Positions 54,128-64,000 of a DNA stretch of 64,000 bases are shown piece by piece. Position numbers and translations under genes: made by a program. Source of the stretch: a virus (lineage: Duplodnaviria > Heunggongvirae > Uroviricota > Caudoviricetes). Numbering within the stretch: the stretch's first letter is position 1; every line of letters begins with the position of its first letter. A model generated the notes under the pieces. It had not been told where the DNA came from and did no database searches. It worked only from the letters and a program-made list of their open reading frames with translations. The DNA is taken from positions 28,348 through 92,347 of the IMG/VR virus record IMGVR_UViG_3300041407_000052, one strand, 5' to 3'.

Positions 54128-57100
54128 TTATCTGCCACTCTGAGATTGCAATGAACCACCTTGTCTAGTTTCAGAGTTGATGATTTTGTAAACTCGTTGT
54201 TCAACAAACGAACCAAGTTCACTACCGAATTGATCCCAACCTGCACCACCATCACTGCTGGATGAAGTACCACCATCAGCAACGTTGACATTGACTTGCA
54301 CAACAGTTCCACCACCGGAGTTTCCACCACCCATCATTCTGACACCAAGGTCACCATTGCGGGTACGAGCCAGTGGAACAATTGCTTCATCACCTGCTTC
54401 ACCCATAATCCCGCGTGAACCATTCGCCATCCCAAAGGATGTTGGATTAGATACAACAGAGTTAGTGAACGCACCACCTTGGGCAAACATCTGAGTACCA
54501 CCAGACCATGCACCACCTTTGGCTTGATAATATGTATTACCATAACCAGCAGATGAAGCACCGGCAGCAGATGAGTTAGCAGCAGCACTACCAGCAGCGA
54601 ATCCATTTGCACCACCACCCATGTAAGCACCAGCAGCAGCACCAGCAATACTCAAGATAGAACCAAGAGCACCCATTGCAGCCTGCTTCGCAGCCATTGT
54701 AGCCATGTCTGCCATCACACTGAGTGCGAAGTCCTTGAAGTTCAACTTACCAGTGGTTACGAATGTTGCAAGAGCACTACCAGCGTTATTAAAAGCACCG
54801 GTCAAAGCACCTTCTACAGTGCCCGCAAAGTTCATACCAGCGTCTTGTGCATTCTCGACAGCAGCTGTAAATCCATTGGTCCAATCGTAATTAGCTTTCT
54901 GGATATCACTATCGTTCTTGATAATTTGACTGGTCATCTTAGTATGTGTGTCTTCTAAGTCTCTCAACTTATCAGCATATTCAGAAGGGTCCATGCCTTC
55001 ACCAAGTGACTTGGCTAACTCACGTTGTTGTTTTGAGAAGTTCCTATCGACATCAGCCATCTGTTTGGAAACACCAGATTGACGACTACCACGACCAACA
55101 CCATCCGTGGCACGAGCACCTTCATTAACAAGTCCTTCAAGTTGAGAATCAAGTGCTGCTTTATATGCTGAGACATTTCGTTTCATCTCATCAATACGAC
55201 CTTTCTCTTTAATAGCAAGTGCGTCTTTCTTAGCGTCAATCTTTTCAAGAGCTACAGCTTGGTCAGCTTGAGCTTTGGTCAGTTGGTTGTCCAGAGAGAT
55301 GTTTTGAGCAGTGCTGTTCTTCTTGTTATCACGAAGGTTGTTAATAGCATTAATCTGATCATCATATGACGCTGAGACAGCCTTAGACTGTGCCTCAAGG
55401 ATCGCTTTCTGTGAGTGGTATGTAGCCTCATCCGAAACAAGATTGGCTTCCCCAAGAGCTGTAACGCGCTTGTAGTAACCTTCATACTCAGCTGTGACCG
55501 TCGTCAAGTTACTCTTAACTTCTTGGATGGCTGTTGTATCCAGAGCACCAGCTGCTTTAGGTTTGTTCGCCTTTTCATTAGCGTCAGCGAGTTCCTTGAC
55601 TGCCCGTGCTTCGTTACGAATCATGATCGCATTCTGTTCAGCACTGACATTGCCACCAGACTTGATCTTCTCGTTTTCACGACGGACCTTACCAAGCTCA
55701 TTCTCAGCCTTCTCAACACCCTTTATACTGGATTCATAACGCTTCAACGAAGAAGCTTGTGCTGATACAGATTCGCGTCTTGTTGTCTCAGTCTTCCTCT
55801 CTTCCTCAGCAGCAAGTCTCTCGTAGTCCAACCTCAGTTGCTTCTGTTTGATAAGTGCTTTGGTATCATCAATTTCTTTCTGAATACCAGTACCACCAAT
55901 ACCACCGAAGAAGTCTTTGTTGTTTTTCTGTCTGTTTTCGAGAAGTTCACGTTGAGTGATTAAAGCACGCATCTCATCAGCAGCAGTAGATTCACGGCCA
56001 ACATTCTTCAAGGCATCCCATGTTTCAGTGATGACACTCTTTACGCCACTCCATGCGCGTTCAATGTATCCTGCTTGGTCAATCATCTCTTTAGCTGTGT
56101 CTGTTGCAGCAATGCTCAACTCAGATTGCAGAAGTGTAACGGCTTCTGTCTCACGTCCTTGTTTAACAAGTGCATCAGCTTGAGCTAATACAGAAGCAGT
56201 AAGGAAATGATACTTCTCATCGAGACGAATAGCTGCATCTACAGGTTCTTTACCAAGAGAAGCAAAGTCCTCAATGGTTTTAGACATTGCTTGACCAGTT
56301 GCCTTCTCCATCAAAACAGCTGCTTCAGCTACGGCTACAAATTGATCACCAGCGATCTTACCACTGGATGCAATCTGGGTTAACGCCTCAGCAGCTTTGC
56401 CAGCGGTAGTGGTTGTATCGTCAAGTTGATTTCGGAACGCAGCAAACTGGCTAGTAGACACACCAGAAGCATTAGCACTTTGGATAAGTGCACGATTGAA
56501 ATCTGTTATTTCCTGACTACCCGAATAAGCAGCTGCACCAAGAAGAGCAACACCAGCACCAATTACAGTGACAGGACTGATCATCGACATCAGAGCAGTT
56601 GACAACCCTTTGATTGCTGGGCCAATACCACCAAACATATCCTTGATCTGACCACCTTGTTGCAGCAATACAGTAAGTGGTGCTTGACCACCTTGTAGAG
56701 AGACAACAATGTCAGTGATCTGAGCAGGCATACCACGAAGAGCAGCTTGTTCCTGCTTGTAGGACAACGCAGCATCACCACCAGACTTGATTCGTTTCTC
56801 AAGTTCAGTACGATGTCTTTGGATCGCATTGGTTGCTTTGTCGTAATCTTTGATCTGGGCGTCAGTAGTTACTTTCCCTGCATCTTTCTGAGCACGCAAC
56901 ACTTTCTCTTGTTGCTCAAGATTACGAAGTTCAGCACGATAAGGAACAAGACGATTAAGTGCAGCGTCATACTCAGTACCAAGATCACCCATTCCAGACT
57001 TGGCATTCTTAACACCTTCTAATGCAACCCGTTGCTCAGTCAATGCTTTGTTGAATTGTTCAACACTGAGCACACCACCTTGCAAACCTTGTGACAGGAT

Positions 57101-58108
57101 TCGAACACTGGTATTGTATTGGTCTTGTGCACGAATCACAGGATCATAAGCAGACATAACACTGTGAAGTTCACGGGCGAACCGTTGTTCAGCAGCACTA
57201 CTATCATTTGCAGCAGCTACAGACTTTTCACGTTTAGTAGCGAATGATGCAAGTTTCTGATCATATTGATCAACTGTAATCAAACCCATTTTCTGAGCTT
57301 GGTTCAACACACCAACGGCACGAGCGTATTCTACTTCAGCACGCTCAACCTTACCCAATGTTGCTGTATAGGTGTCAAGTTTACTTTGAGCCTGAAGAAC
57401 TGCACGACTATTGTCTTCGGTGGCAAGTGCGGCATCACGCTTTGCCTGAGCGAGTTTAACGTAACTCTCATACTCACCTGACGACAAGGAAGAACCAGAA
57501 CCCATATTACCATCTGGTCCTATGGCACGAGCACGGTTCAGCTTTTCAATTGTTGCGTTATAATCATTTTGGGCTTTAACTTGACGACTAAGACCGTTGA
57601 TTGTAGATTCAATCTGTTGCTGTTGTTTCGCTGAAGCACGGGATACGATGTTCTCTTGACGAATAGCAGCATCCACAATACGCTCTTGTGCACGAAACTC
57701 TGCTTGTAGGGCAGCTTCGCGTTTGGCTACATCTTTGTTCTGTTTACCGTTAAGAGCATCAACAGCACTACCTTGACGTTGAACTAGACCAATATTCGCG
57801 TCGATGATACGATTGAGTCGTTCATACTCAGACGGCATTGTACTTTTCATACCAGACTGTTCAAGCTTACGACGTTGTGTACCAAGTTGTTCAAGCTTAC
57901 GAGTTTGTGCATCAATCATTGAGGAAAGGTCAGCTTCAGACTTGGCTGCTTTATCAGCAGATGTCGAAGATTGATCATTCATTTGTTGGTTAACCTTACC
58001 GGCTTTAGATGCTTTATCGGCAGCAGCAGCAAAGTCAGTGAGTGCTTTCGTACCTTGTTCAATCGGGCGACTGTCAAGGTTAATCTGTAACTCAGCTATT
58101 GTTGGCAT
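54128..58108 (-). CDS. tail tape measure protein
   Basis: 1326 aa, long coiled-coil alpha-helical region, Gly-rich C-terminus; follows G/GT chaperones. Confidence 0.8.
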   Translation of the reverse strand: MPTIAELQINLDSRPIEQGTKALTDFAAAADKASKAGKVNQQMNDQSSTSADKAAKSEADLSSMIDAQTRKLEQLGTQRRKLEQSGMKSTMPSEYERLNRIIDANIGLVQRQGSAVDALNGKQNKDVAKREAALQAEFRAQERIVDAAIRQENIVSRASAKQQQQIESTINGLSRQVKAQNDYNATIEKLNRARAIGPDGNMGSGSSLSSGEYESYVKLAQAKRDAALATEDNSRAVLQAQSKLDTYTATLGKVERAEVEYARAVGVLNQAQKMGLITVDQYDQKLASFATKREKSVAAANDSSAAEQRFARELHSVMSAYDPVIRAQDQYNTSVRILSQGLQGGVLSVEQFNKALTEQRVALEGVKNAKSGMGDLGTEYDAALNRLVPYRAELRNLEQQEKVLRAQKDAGKVTTDAQIKDYDKATNAIQRHRTELEKRIKSGGDAALSYKQEQAALRGMPAQITDIVVSLQGGQAPLTVLLQQGGQIKDMFGGIGPAIKGLSTALMSMISPVTVIGAGVALLGAAAYSGSQEITDFNRALIQSANASGVSTSQFAAFRNQLDDTTTTAGKAAEALTQIASSGKIAGDQFVAVAEAAVLMEKATGQAMSKTIEDFASLGKEPVDAAIRLDEKYHFLTASVLAQADALVKQGRETEAVTLLQSELSIAATDTAKEMIDQAGYIERAWSGVKSVITETWDALKNVGRESTAADEMRALITQRELLENRQKNNKDFFGGIGGTGIQKEIDDTKALIKQKQLRLDYERLAAEEERKTETTRRESVSAQASSLKRYESSIKGVEKAENELGKVRRENEKIKSGGNVSAEQNAIMIRNEARAVKELADANEKANKPKAAGALDTTAIQEVKSNLTTVTAEYEGYYKRVTALGEANLVSDEATYHSQKAILEAQSKAVSASYDDQINAINNLRDNKKNSTAQNISLDNQLTKAQADQAVALEKIDAKKDALAIKEKGRIDEMKRNVSAYKAALDSQLEGLVNEGARATDGVGRGSRQSGVSKQMADVDRNFSKQQRELAKSLGEGMDPSEYADKLRDLEDTHTKMTSQIIKNDSDIQKANYDWTNGFTAAVENAQDAGMNFAGTVEGALTGAFNNAGSALATFVTTGKLNFKDFALSVMADMATMAAKQAAMGALGSILSIAGAAAGAYMGGGANGFAAGSAAANSSAAGASSAGYGNTYYQAKGGAWSGGTQMFAQGGAFTNSVVSNPTSFGMANGSRGIMGEAGDEAIVPLARTRNGDLGVRMMGGGNSGGGTVVQVNVNVADGGTSSSSDGGAGWDQFGSELGSFVEQRVYKIINSETRQGGSLQSQSGR

Positions 58109-58433
58109 CTTTCTGATTCTCTCCCATAGTGATGAGTGCTTCGTTCTCCATCACTTGTAGGTCAGGGAACATATCGTTTAGTTGTTTGTTCTTGAAGCCA
58201 AGCATCTTTCCAACTGTAGGGATCACAGCGTAATCTAATCCAGTTGCACTGCCCATGCCACAAACCCGCCACTGTGTAGTGAGAGCATGAAACAGGTTGA
58301 ATACATTCCAGTTAATGTCCCAGACGAGAACGTCATCTTCTGGGATTTCATCAAGTGTCAAACCGAACAAACCTGCTTGGTGTTTGTCAGCACTACTGGA
58401 ATACAAAGCATTGGCAGCGCATATTAGTTTCCC
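58092..58433 (-). CDS. tail assembly chaperone GT C-terminal extension (expressed by programmed -1 frameshift from G)
   Basis: T frame is G-1; open from slippery site through 58092; track ORF 58092..58406 starts with TTG. Confidence 0.5.
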   Translation of the reverse strand, partial: GKLICAANALYSSSADKHQAGLFGLTLDEIPEDDVLVWDINWNVFNLFHALTTQWRVCGMGSATGLDYAVIPTVGKMLGFKNKQLNDMFPDLQVMENEALITMGENQKDANNS

Positions 58434-58828
58434 GAGCGTGCTCGTGTGTAAGCTTCGTTGTATTGCTCAAGGATTACATCCGTTACCGAAACAGAAGTCT
58501 CAACCAGTGCTTCAATGTTTTCGTCATTAAACTCATCACTAAAACCCCAACCTTCAACAATGTCTTTAATCTGTGTCGCTTGTAGAGCAATCTCACGATC
58601 AGTCCACTCCTCAAGGGAGAATTCATTACCCGCTTCACGTGCAGTTGTTGCTTCGTTAATCAAAGCAAGGTTTTCAGATTTCCACTTGTCAAAGATTTTA
58701 GCCAAACCACGACGGTCAAATACTTTGAATGTGAAGGTAACAGCCAGTGGATCACCACCGACACGTGGGATATTTACAGACGCTTTGAACGTTGGGTTCA
58801 TTTGTACTTTAAAAGATTTACCAGCCAT
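58424..58828 (-). CDS. tail assembly chaperone (lambda gpG-like)
   Basis: 134 aa between major tail protein and tape measure. Confidence 0.6.
   Translation of the reverse strand: MAGKSFKVQMNPTFKASVNIPRVGGDPLAVTFTFKVFDRRGLAKIFDKWKSENLALINEATTAREAGNEFSLEEWTDREIALQATQIKDIVEGWGFSDEFNDENIEALVETSVSVTDVILEQYNEAYTRARSGN
58427..58433 (-). other. -1 ribosomal frameshift slippery heptamer G_GGA_AAC at end of G
   Basis: X_XXY_YYZ motif in G frame, two codons before G stop (58424-58426); lambda G/GT uses G_GGA_AAG. Confidence 0.55.
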
Positions 58829-58840
58829 TTGCTTTCTCCT

Positions 58841-58878
58841 CAGAAATAAAAATGCCCTCCTCCAATGAAGAAGAGGGC
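58841..58878 (-). terminator. rho-independent terminator/attenuator after major tail protein gene
   Basis: GCCCTCTTC...GAGGAGGGC hairpin followed by ATTTTTATTT on minus strand. Confidence 0.55.
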
Positions 58879-58893
58879 GGGTTGTTACACTAA

Positions 58894-59544
58894 TTATGCA
58901 GCTTTATATCTGGTGACTCGACCTTGTTGAGCCAGAGTAATTGTACGAACCATGATCTGGTTACGAGTCAACGAAGGTGTGTTGGTAATAGAAGCAATCG
59001 AGTTATACAGGATCACGTCACCGTTAACCAAGTTAAGACGTTGAATACGCTCTTCCTTCAGTTCATCAGCAGCTTCCACTACTGGAACATATGGTTGCGA
59101 TGGGTCATCGGCAACAGTCAGGGTCAGAGTCGATGGCGACTTGGTAGTTGGAATCTGACGATCTTCATCTTCTTCAAGGAATCCGAATTGGTAGAACTGT
59201 TGCTCACCACCAGAGCTTGCGACTTCAGTGATCTGTGGGATGTTTACCCACTCATCAACACTCTTAGCAGTACCAGCAGAAGTACCAGCAGGGTAGCTTT
59301 GAGTAGAAGTAGTGTTAACACCAAGCAGTTGGAAAGTGTCAGCGGTTACAGTGCCGACTTTAAAAGCACGACCGGTCAGTTTTACCCAGCCCGATGTTAC
59401 AACAACAATGTCACCGGCAACAAAACCATGAGCAGTGGCACTTGCAACAGCGGGGTTAGCATTGCTGATTGCTGTGATAGTTACATCTTCACTGTAAGTT
59501 TCAGCGAAGTCGAAGGTAGAACCGTTAGGCAAACGAAAAGCCAT
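58894..59544 (-). CDS. major tail protein (gpV-like position)
   Basis: 216 aa beta-rich; position upstream of G/GT; strong terminator after it. Confidence 0.6.
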   Translation of the reverse strand: MAFRLPNGSTFDFAETYSEDVTITAISNANPAVASATAHGFVAGDIVVVTSGWVKLTGRAFKVGTVTADTFQLLGVNTTSTQSYPAGTSAGTAKSVDEWVNIPQITEVASSGGEQQFYQFGFLEEDEDRQIPTTKSPSTLTLTVADDPSQPYVPVVEAADELKEERIQRLNLVNGDVILYNSIASITNTPSLTRNQIMVRTITLAQQGRVTRYKAA

Positions 59545-59568
59545 AATGTGTATCCTCTTGTGAGTTGT

Positions 59569-59979
59569 TTAATTTGTGTCAGCCCGGTAGTTCAAATAGC
59601 AAGGAACTCGCCACTGACCACCAACTTGTTTCCCTTCAGGGGTATGAATAGGACTGGTTACTTGAACAGAGAAGCCTGTGGTATCTGTGAACATCTCGTT
59701 AAGCTTGAATACAGTTTGAAGCTCCTCAACTAAACTTTCAGTCTTCAGATATCCAGTTCCGTATTGTGTTACAATTGTCATTTGAAACATACCAATGAAC
59801 GCTTTATGATCGCCAGATAATGTTTCTGAGAACGTATCTGCTGGAATAATGTGAGACTCAATGTGATCTTCATTATCAAAACCATCTGACACGTTGTCAT
59901 ATGACACTTTCATGTTCTTCTGCTGTGCGAAGTTTGCAAGAGCAGCAGAGAAAAGAGTGCGAACCCTTGCATGACTCAT
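59569..59979 (-). CDS. tail terminator-like protein (gpU position)
   Basis: 136 aa; gene order Z-U-V. Confidence 0.4.
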   Translation of the reverse strand: MSHARVRTLFSAALANFAQQKNMKVSYDNVSDGFDNEDHIESHIIPADTFSETLSGDHKAFIGMFQMTIVTQYGTGYLKTESLVEELQTVFKLNEMFTDTTGFSVQVTSPIHTPEGKQVGGQWRVPCYLNYRADTN

Positions 59980-59994
59980 ACTTGTCTCCTTTTG

Positions 59995-60474
59995 TTACTT
60001 GTGAAGCAATACTGCTTCGTTAACGATTCTTGCAAACCGTGCGACAGTAATTCGCAACATACCTTCAGGAGCTTGACGACTAAAACCATCGTCAGTTACT
60101 TTGTCTGTAGGTCCATTGTAAGTACCGTATTCAAGATCATATCCATACAGAACATGGTTTTGAATGTAAGCAATTTGTCCAGCGGTAAACGAATTAACTT
60201 TCCTTGCCATATCAGCTAACGTTGTGAATCCAGAGGGATCTTCACGCAACAGACTTGATGTCGTTGTACTGTCAATCGACAACTGCCAGTTACCTTTAAA
60301 GTTACCAGTATCAACAGGAGAAAGAGTAACTACACTCTCACCAAGCTTTAACACAATGGTTTGAAGTGTGTCGTCAATCTTTTGTTCTGTTTCTTCGATC
60401 CACCCATTGATAACATCCATGAAATTATCCATATCGAACCTGCAACTTCCAACCACAACCAACACTGTTGTCAT
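59995..60474 (-). CDS. tail completion protein (gpZ position)
   Basis: 159 aa; synteny. Confidence 0.4.
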   Translation of the reverse strand: MTTVLVVVGSCRFDMDNFMDVINGWIEETEQKIDDTLQTIVLKLGESVVTLSPVDTGNFKGNWQLSIDSTTTSSLLREDPSGFTTLADMARKVNSFTAGQIAYIQNHVLYGYDLEYGTYNGPTDKVTDDGFSRQAPEGMLRITVARFARIVNEAVLLHK

Positions 60475-60820
60475 TGAACGGTGATAAGTTGATAACCCTT
60501 ACCGTCTTATCAAGGAATGTAATTACATCACCAATTGACGGTTGAGGCATTTCATTGCCATTCGTTTGAACAGGTGAGAGATAAATCTGAAAGTCACCAT
60601 ATTCAATGGAAACATTCTTGTGCGCGTATTCGGAATAGTTAATCCTGACACCTGAGCCATTATACTCAGTGACAACTTCTGGCTTTACACCACCAGTCAC
60701 AGGATCATAACCACCGCCTGTACGTTTGGAGAATACGACTGGGCATCCTTTACCTTTCGGTTGTAGTCCAAGTTGCCTAATCACCATGGCTCTCATTCTG
60801 TTGTGGAAAGGCATTAGCAA
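60425..60820 (-). CDS. head-tail joining protein (gpFII position)
   Basis: 131 aa; synteny. Confidence 0.4.
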   Translation of the reverse strand: MLMPFHNRMRAMVIRQLGLQPKGKGCPVVFSKRTGGGYDPVTGGVKPEVVTEYNGSGVRINYSEYAHKNVSIEYGDFQIYLSPVQTNGNEMPQPSIGDVITFLDKTVRVINLSPFNDNSVGCGWKLQVRYG

Positions 60821-61242
60821 CCTCCACTACAATCAACAATAACTCGTCCCCATCGTCCTGTGTCACAACGTTCGTAATTCAGAAGCTTGTTCTGATCACA
60901 CTCATCTGCACCGGCGAACCATGGCATCAGTGAATCTGGTGGAACATTACCATTTGTGGCAATGATATAATCCAGAAGCTTAATGTAGTTGTTACTTGTT
61001 GAGCTTGAGATTTGCAGTTCACCAATCATTTCACGTGAACTTTCACCAGCAGAGAAGTAACCAGCAGAGATAGCCGCTGTTACCACCGCTTTGTTTATAT
61101 TCCCTTTTCCCGCTTTAAGGAATTGAGCGTATTGTTCTGGTGTAAACATTGGGTAGTAAGGACCACCCGGAATATCACCAATCATCAAAGCAAGGAGAGA
61201 AATCTTTTCTTCGTCTGTCATTTCATCCTCCTTAAACAACAA
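60814..61242 (-). CDS. head completion/DNA-packaging accessory protein (gpFI position)
   Basis: 142 aa; immediately downstream of major capsid gene. Confidence 0.4.
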   Translation of the reverse strand: MLFKEDEMTDEEKISLLALMIGDIPGGPYYPMFTPEQYAQFLKAGKGNINKAVVTAAISAGYFSAGESSREMIGELQISSSTSNNYIKLLDYIIATNGNVPPDSLMPWFAGADECDQNKLLNYERCDTGRWGRVIVDCSGGC

Positions 61243-61277
61243 AGGGCCAGCTTGACGCCAGCCCTCTGAGTATGCAC

Positions 61278-62372
61278 TTAGCTAAAGGTTACGTCGAAGA
61301 TCGCACCCGGATAGATGGTCGAGTTCATGAAGTTACTACCAACCTTCATTTGAATCAGGTCATCTTCTTCGTTCAGACGTTCGAAGTAGTAACGACCAGC
61401 TGCTTTCTTGTTGATTGCAGAGAAGGTGTTAGCTGGAGCGTAGTAAGTCTTGAACATACCACGAACACCAGTTGGGATTGCAACAGCCTTAGTTGGAGCG
61501 ATCCATGGTTGGAACACGCCGTCAGCATCTTCATAACCACCAGTACCAGCATCGATAAACACCAGACCCCACAGGGACAGTGTACGGAAGTTGGCATCCA
61601 GACCAGCAGCTTGATCAACTGGCTTCAGCAGGATTTTATTCAAATCTTGTGCGAAGTATTTGATAGCTTCGGTAACAAACGGGTTGGTGTAAACAGCGTC
61701 GAAGAAGTCAGTACCGCACAACAGGACCAGCTGGGTGTAGTTACCACCGTTGGCATGACGCAGGGATTCACGAACTTTACGAATCAGTTGCGAGCAAGCA
61801 ATACGTGGATCGTTAGAACCAGTCAGGTTCAGTGCAACAGTCTGACGTGTAACGCCCATTTCTTCATAGAAGTCGATGGTGTCACCGTAAGAAGTTGCCA
61901 GCGTACCTTCTGGAGCGTACACAGTACCTTCCATCAACAGCTGCATACGAGCAACATCTTTGGTCAGGTCGAAAGCGTTGTTCAGATAAGCCAGCTTCTC
62001 AAGACGAACATCCATCACGGTTGCCAACTGAGCTGCTTCTTGGATCGAACTAACTTGTGCAACACCATCAATGTCTTGTGGCTTGATTGCATCTTGCAGT
62101 TCGAAGTTAGGGATACGAGCTTGAATGAAGCCACGCTTTGGCTTGCTGACCATGGTGTCAGCTTTAGCTTCCCAGTTCTTATCTTTGATCAGATGGTTGC
62201 TGTACTGGGTACGTTGAATCTCAATTTTCTTCTGAGTTACGAAGACTTCTTCAAACAGACCAAGGTGGTCGATGATCGAGATATTACGCGGCAGTTCAAC
62301 CAGAATGTCGGTCAGTTCAACAAACTTACCTTGCGACAGGCGATCAATATTCTTATCGATAATCAGAGACAT
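61278..62372 (-). CDS. major capsid protein (lambda gpE-like)
   Basis: 364 aa; position after protease/scaffold and D-like; strong RBS. Confidence 0.7.
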   Translation of the reverse strand: MSLIIDKNIDRLSQGKFVELTDILVELPRNISIIDHLGLFEEVFVTQKKIEIQRTQYSNHLIKDKNWEAKADTMVSKPKRGFIQARIPNFELQDAIKPQDIDGVAQVSSIQEAAQLATVMDVRLEKLAYLNNAFDLTKDVARMQLLMEGTVYAPEGTLATSYGDTIDFYEEMGVTRQTVALNLTGSNDPRIACSQLIRKVRESLRHANGGNYTQLVLLCGTDFFDAVYTNPFVTEAIKYFAQDLNKILLKPVDQAAGLDANFRTLSLWGLVFIDAGTGGYEDADGVFQPWIAPTKAVAIPTGVRGMFKTYYAPANTFSAINKKAAGRYYFERLNEEDDLIQMKVGSNFMNSTIYPGAIFDVTFS

Positions 62373-62426
62373 ATATGTTCCTTCCTTATGTTTTGTTAAG
62401 GGGCAATCACGCCCCTAGAATTGGAT

Positions 62427-62870
62427 TTAAACAGCTTTGTATTTGGATACGTCTTGCAGTACCAACAGACCTTGATTGGCCATCAGCTGCTTCAGAAGAG
62501 CGTAAGGAGCGGCACCCAGCAACGTTTCGTAGTTCTCTTTGATGTAGAACTCTTTGAAAGCTGCATCACGAACGATTACGATAGAGTTCCATTTACCAGC
62601 AACAACAGCCTTTGGCGTGAAGTCATAAGCGAACGAATTGTGATCACCGAAAACAACTGCGAACTCATTGGTTGCAACTGCATCGGCAGCATCATCAATA
62701 ACAGTCCAAGCTACAGTTGGAGCAGAATCTTTTGGACGGACAACAACAGTGCCCAGTTTAATAACACCAGCTGGTGTGATGTTTGCGTTTTCATTGCTGA
62801 AGTGGAAGTCGGCATGGTCAATAACCAAGTCCGAAGCATATTTCAGGAAGTTCAGTTCAGTGAAAGCCAT
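62427..62870 (-). CDS. head decoration protein (gpD position)
   Basis: 147 aa between scaffold/protease and major capsid. Confidence 0.4.
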   Translation of the reverse strand: MAFTELNFLKYASDLVIDHADFHFSNENANITPAGVIKLGTVVVRPKDSAPTVAWTVIDDAADAVATNEFAVVFGDHNSFAYDFTPKAVVAGKWNSIVIVRDAAFKEFYIKENYETLLGAAPYALLKQLMANQGLLVLQDVSKYKAV

Positions 62871-62897
62871 TGTTTGTATCCTCTAATAAGTTTTTGA

Positions 62898-64000
62898 TTA
62901 ACCGCGACGAGCGCGTGCAGCTTCAATACCAGCGATTCGAATAGCATCAGCAGAGTTAACAGGAGTGTCATCTACTTCAGCACCATCCTCTCCAACTGCT
63001 TTGAAACCAGCGGCACGTGTATCTTTAACAGCTTTCAGCGTACCGACCATAAAGGTAAAAGCACCTTCATCCAGACTGGACATATTGGTCATGTATGTTT
63101 CAAGTTCCGCTTCAGGGACAACTTCAGACAGAGCAGCTTTACGAGTTGCAACAACAGCGTCAGCAGCAGCTTTAGCAGCCAGAGCTTGGGCTTCTTTAAA
63201 CCCTTCCAGTTGAGTCGTAAGAGCAGCCAGAGCGCCATTTGCTTCATTCAGTTGGGCCAGTTGAGTAGCCAGTGCAGCAGAAGCTTCTGTGCGTGCGAGT
63301 TGTTCTGCTTCAAGTTGTGCTTTCAGTTCTTCGAGCTTAGCCATTTCTGTTTTGTCCTCACGGTTCATAAATTTCAAGGCACCTTTCATGGTGTTCCCTC
63401 CTTTGTTGTTTGTGTCAGCAGCGTCAGCCACATAGTCATAGAATTCTTCAACTGTCATTACCGAATCGGCAAGTCCAAGTTCAAGAGCCTCATCAGCCAT
63501 AAATACGTTGGCTTGTGTACCTTTGACGGCTTTGATATCAAGACCGCGATGTGTAGCAACATGACCTGTAAAGCCTTCGTAAAGAGTGTCTACTTGGGTT
63601 TGCAGTCGGTCTTTGAAAGCTTCAGTGAACGAACCATCAGCAGCAAAAGGAACTTTATCTTCACCCGCTGTAATGAATGTGCGTTCAATACCCGCTTTCT
63701 CAAGTTGTTTACTGTTGTTCATAAGCTGGATAAGTACACCGATACTTCCAACTTGACTGTCAGATGACATTACAATCTCATCAGCTACACAAACTAGACC
63801 GTAGCAAGCAGATGCAGCCATACCATCTACATAAGCAATGATTTTGATACCGTTGTCGTCAGCAAGTTTGCGAATATAGTTTGCACTGTCCATCATGGCA
63901 TGAGCTTCACCGCCGCCAGAGTCAGCCATCATTACAACAGTCTTGGCTCCTTGTTCGACGAAGTATTCCATATGTTCTTTCAACATCTCGTAAGATGTTC
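62898..64000 (-). CDS. prohead protease (S49/ClpP-like, gpC) fused/nested scaffold (Nu3-like coiled coil); 5' end beyond window
   Basis: S49 motif GMAASACYGL; C-terminal Ala/Glu/Leu coiled coil; reading frame remains open to position 64000. Confidence 0.7.
   Translation of the reverse strand, partial: TSYEMLKEHMEYFVEQGAKTVVMMADSGGGEAHAMMDSANYIRKLADDNGIKIIAYVDGMAASACYGLVCVADEIVMSSDSQVGSIGVLIQLMNNSKQLEKAGIERTFITAGEDKVPFAADGSFTEAFKDRLQTQVDTLYEGFTGHVATHRGLDIKAVKGTQANVFMADEALELGLADSVMTVEEFYDYVADAADTNNKGGNTMKGALKFMNREDKTEMAKLEELKAQLEAEQLARTEASAALATQLAQLNEANGALAALTTQLEGFKEAQALAAKAAADAVVATRKAALSEVVPEAELETYMTNMSSLDEGAFTFMVGTLKAVKDTRAAGFKAVGEDGAEVDDTPVNSADAIRIAGIEAARARRG

Noticed and set aside
62400-62417. 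Hairpin AGGGGC-AATCAC-GCCCCT between the D-like and major capsid genes
   Set aside because: There is no U-tract on the transcribed (minus) side, so it is not called a terminator. It may be an RNA stability or processing stem.
1-64000. CRISPR array, integrase/attP and lysogeny module
   Set aside because: There are no spacer-repeat arrays, no tyrosine or serine recombinase motifs, and no CI/Cro-like pair. The tRNA-like element is not adjacent to any recombinase, so there is no evidence for temperate lifestyle features in this window.

Overview
The window looks like a densely coded virulent tailed dsDNA phage genome segment (Caudoviricetes); no integrase or CRISPR array was seen. It has three transcriptional blocks.

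(1) Positions ~1-33,726, minus strand. A long run of tightly packed, often ATGA/TAATG-coupled, small early genes contains a nucleotide-metabolism cluster: an ATP-cone-less class I ribonucleotide reductase alpha/beta pair, a divergent ThyX-like protein and a MazG-like NTP pyrophosphatase. It also contains a replication module: family B DNA polymerase, T7 gp4-like primase-helicase, FEN/RNase H-like 5'-3' exonuclease, DEDD exonuclease and an SSB-like protein with a DDDVPF tail. Other members are three HNH endonucleases, an SPFH/band-7 lipoprotein and a tRNA-like element.

(2) Positions ~34,100-41,294, plus strand. A ~7-kb oppositely oriented module starts at a near-consensus sigma70 promoter. It carries small genes, an SF1 (UvrD/Dda-like) helicase, an HNH(HNH_3)-AP2 endonuclease, an ATP-dependent RNA ligase (KxDG) and membrane proteins. 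It ends at a bidirectional terminator.

(3) Positions ~41,345-64,000, minus strand. A lysis cassette (SAR GH24 endolysin, holin, overlapped i/o-spanins) is followed by a lambda-like morphogenesis module in lambda gene order. The order is prohead protease/scaffold (C/Nu3-like, truncated at the window edge), D-like protein, E-like major capsid, FI/FII/Z/U-like head-tail proteins, major tail protein, and G/GT chaperones with a GGGAAAC -1 frameshift site. Then come tape measure, M, L, K (JAMM+NlpC/P60), I, J (with ~110-nt tandem repeats), a side tail fiber and a Tfa-like fiber assembly protein.

Several consensus-like sigma70 promoters (TTGNCA-17-TAKAAT) and a family of GC-stem/CGAA- or CAATG-loop rho-independent terminators are visible. 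Many 45-58-aa ORFs that the >=60-aa ORF track missed are proposed. Coordinates taken from the ORF track include the stop codon. Several track N-termini use TTG/GTG 'M' and were trimmed where an RBS-proximal ATG was evident.
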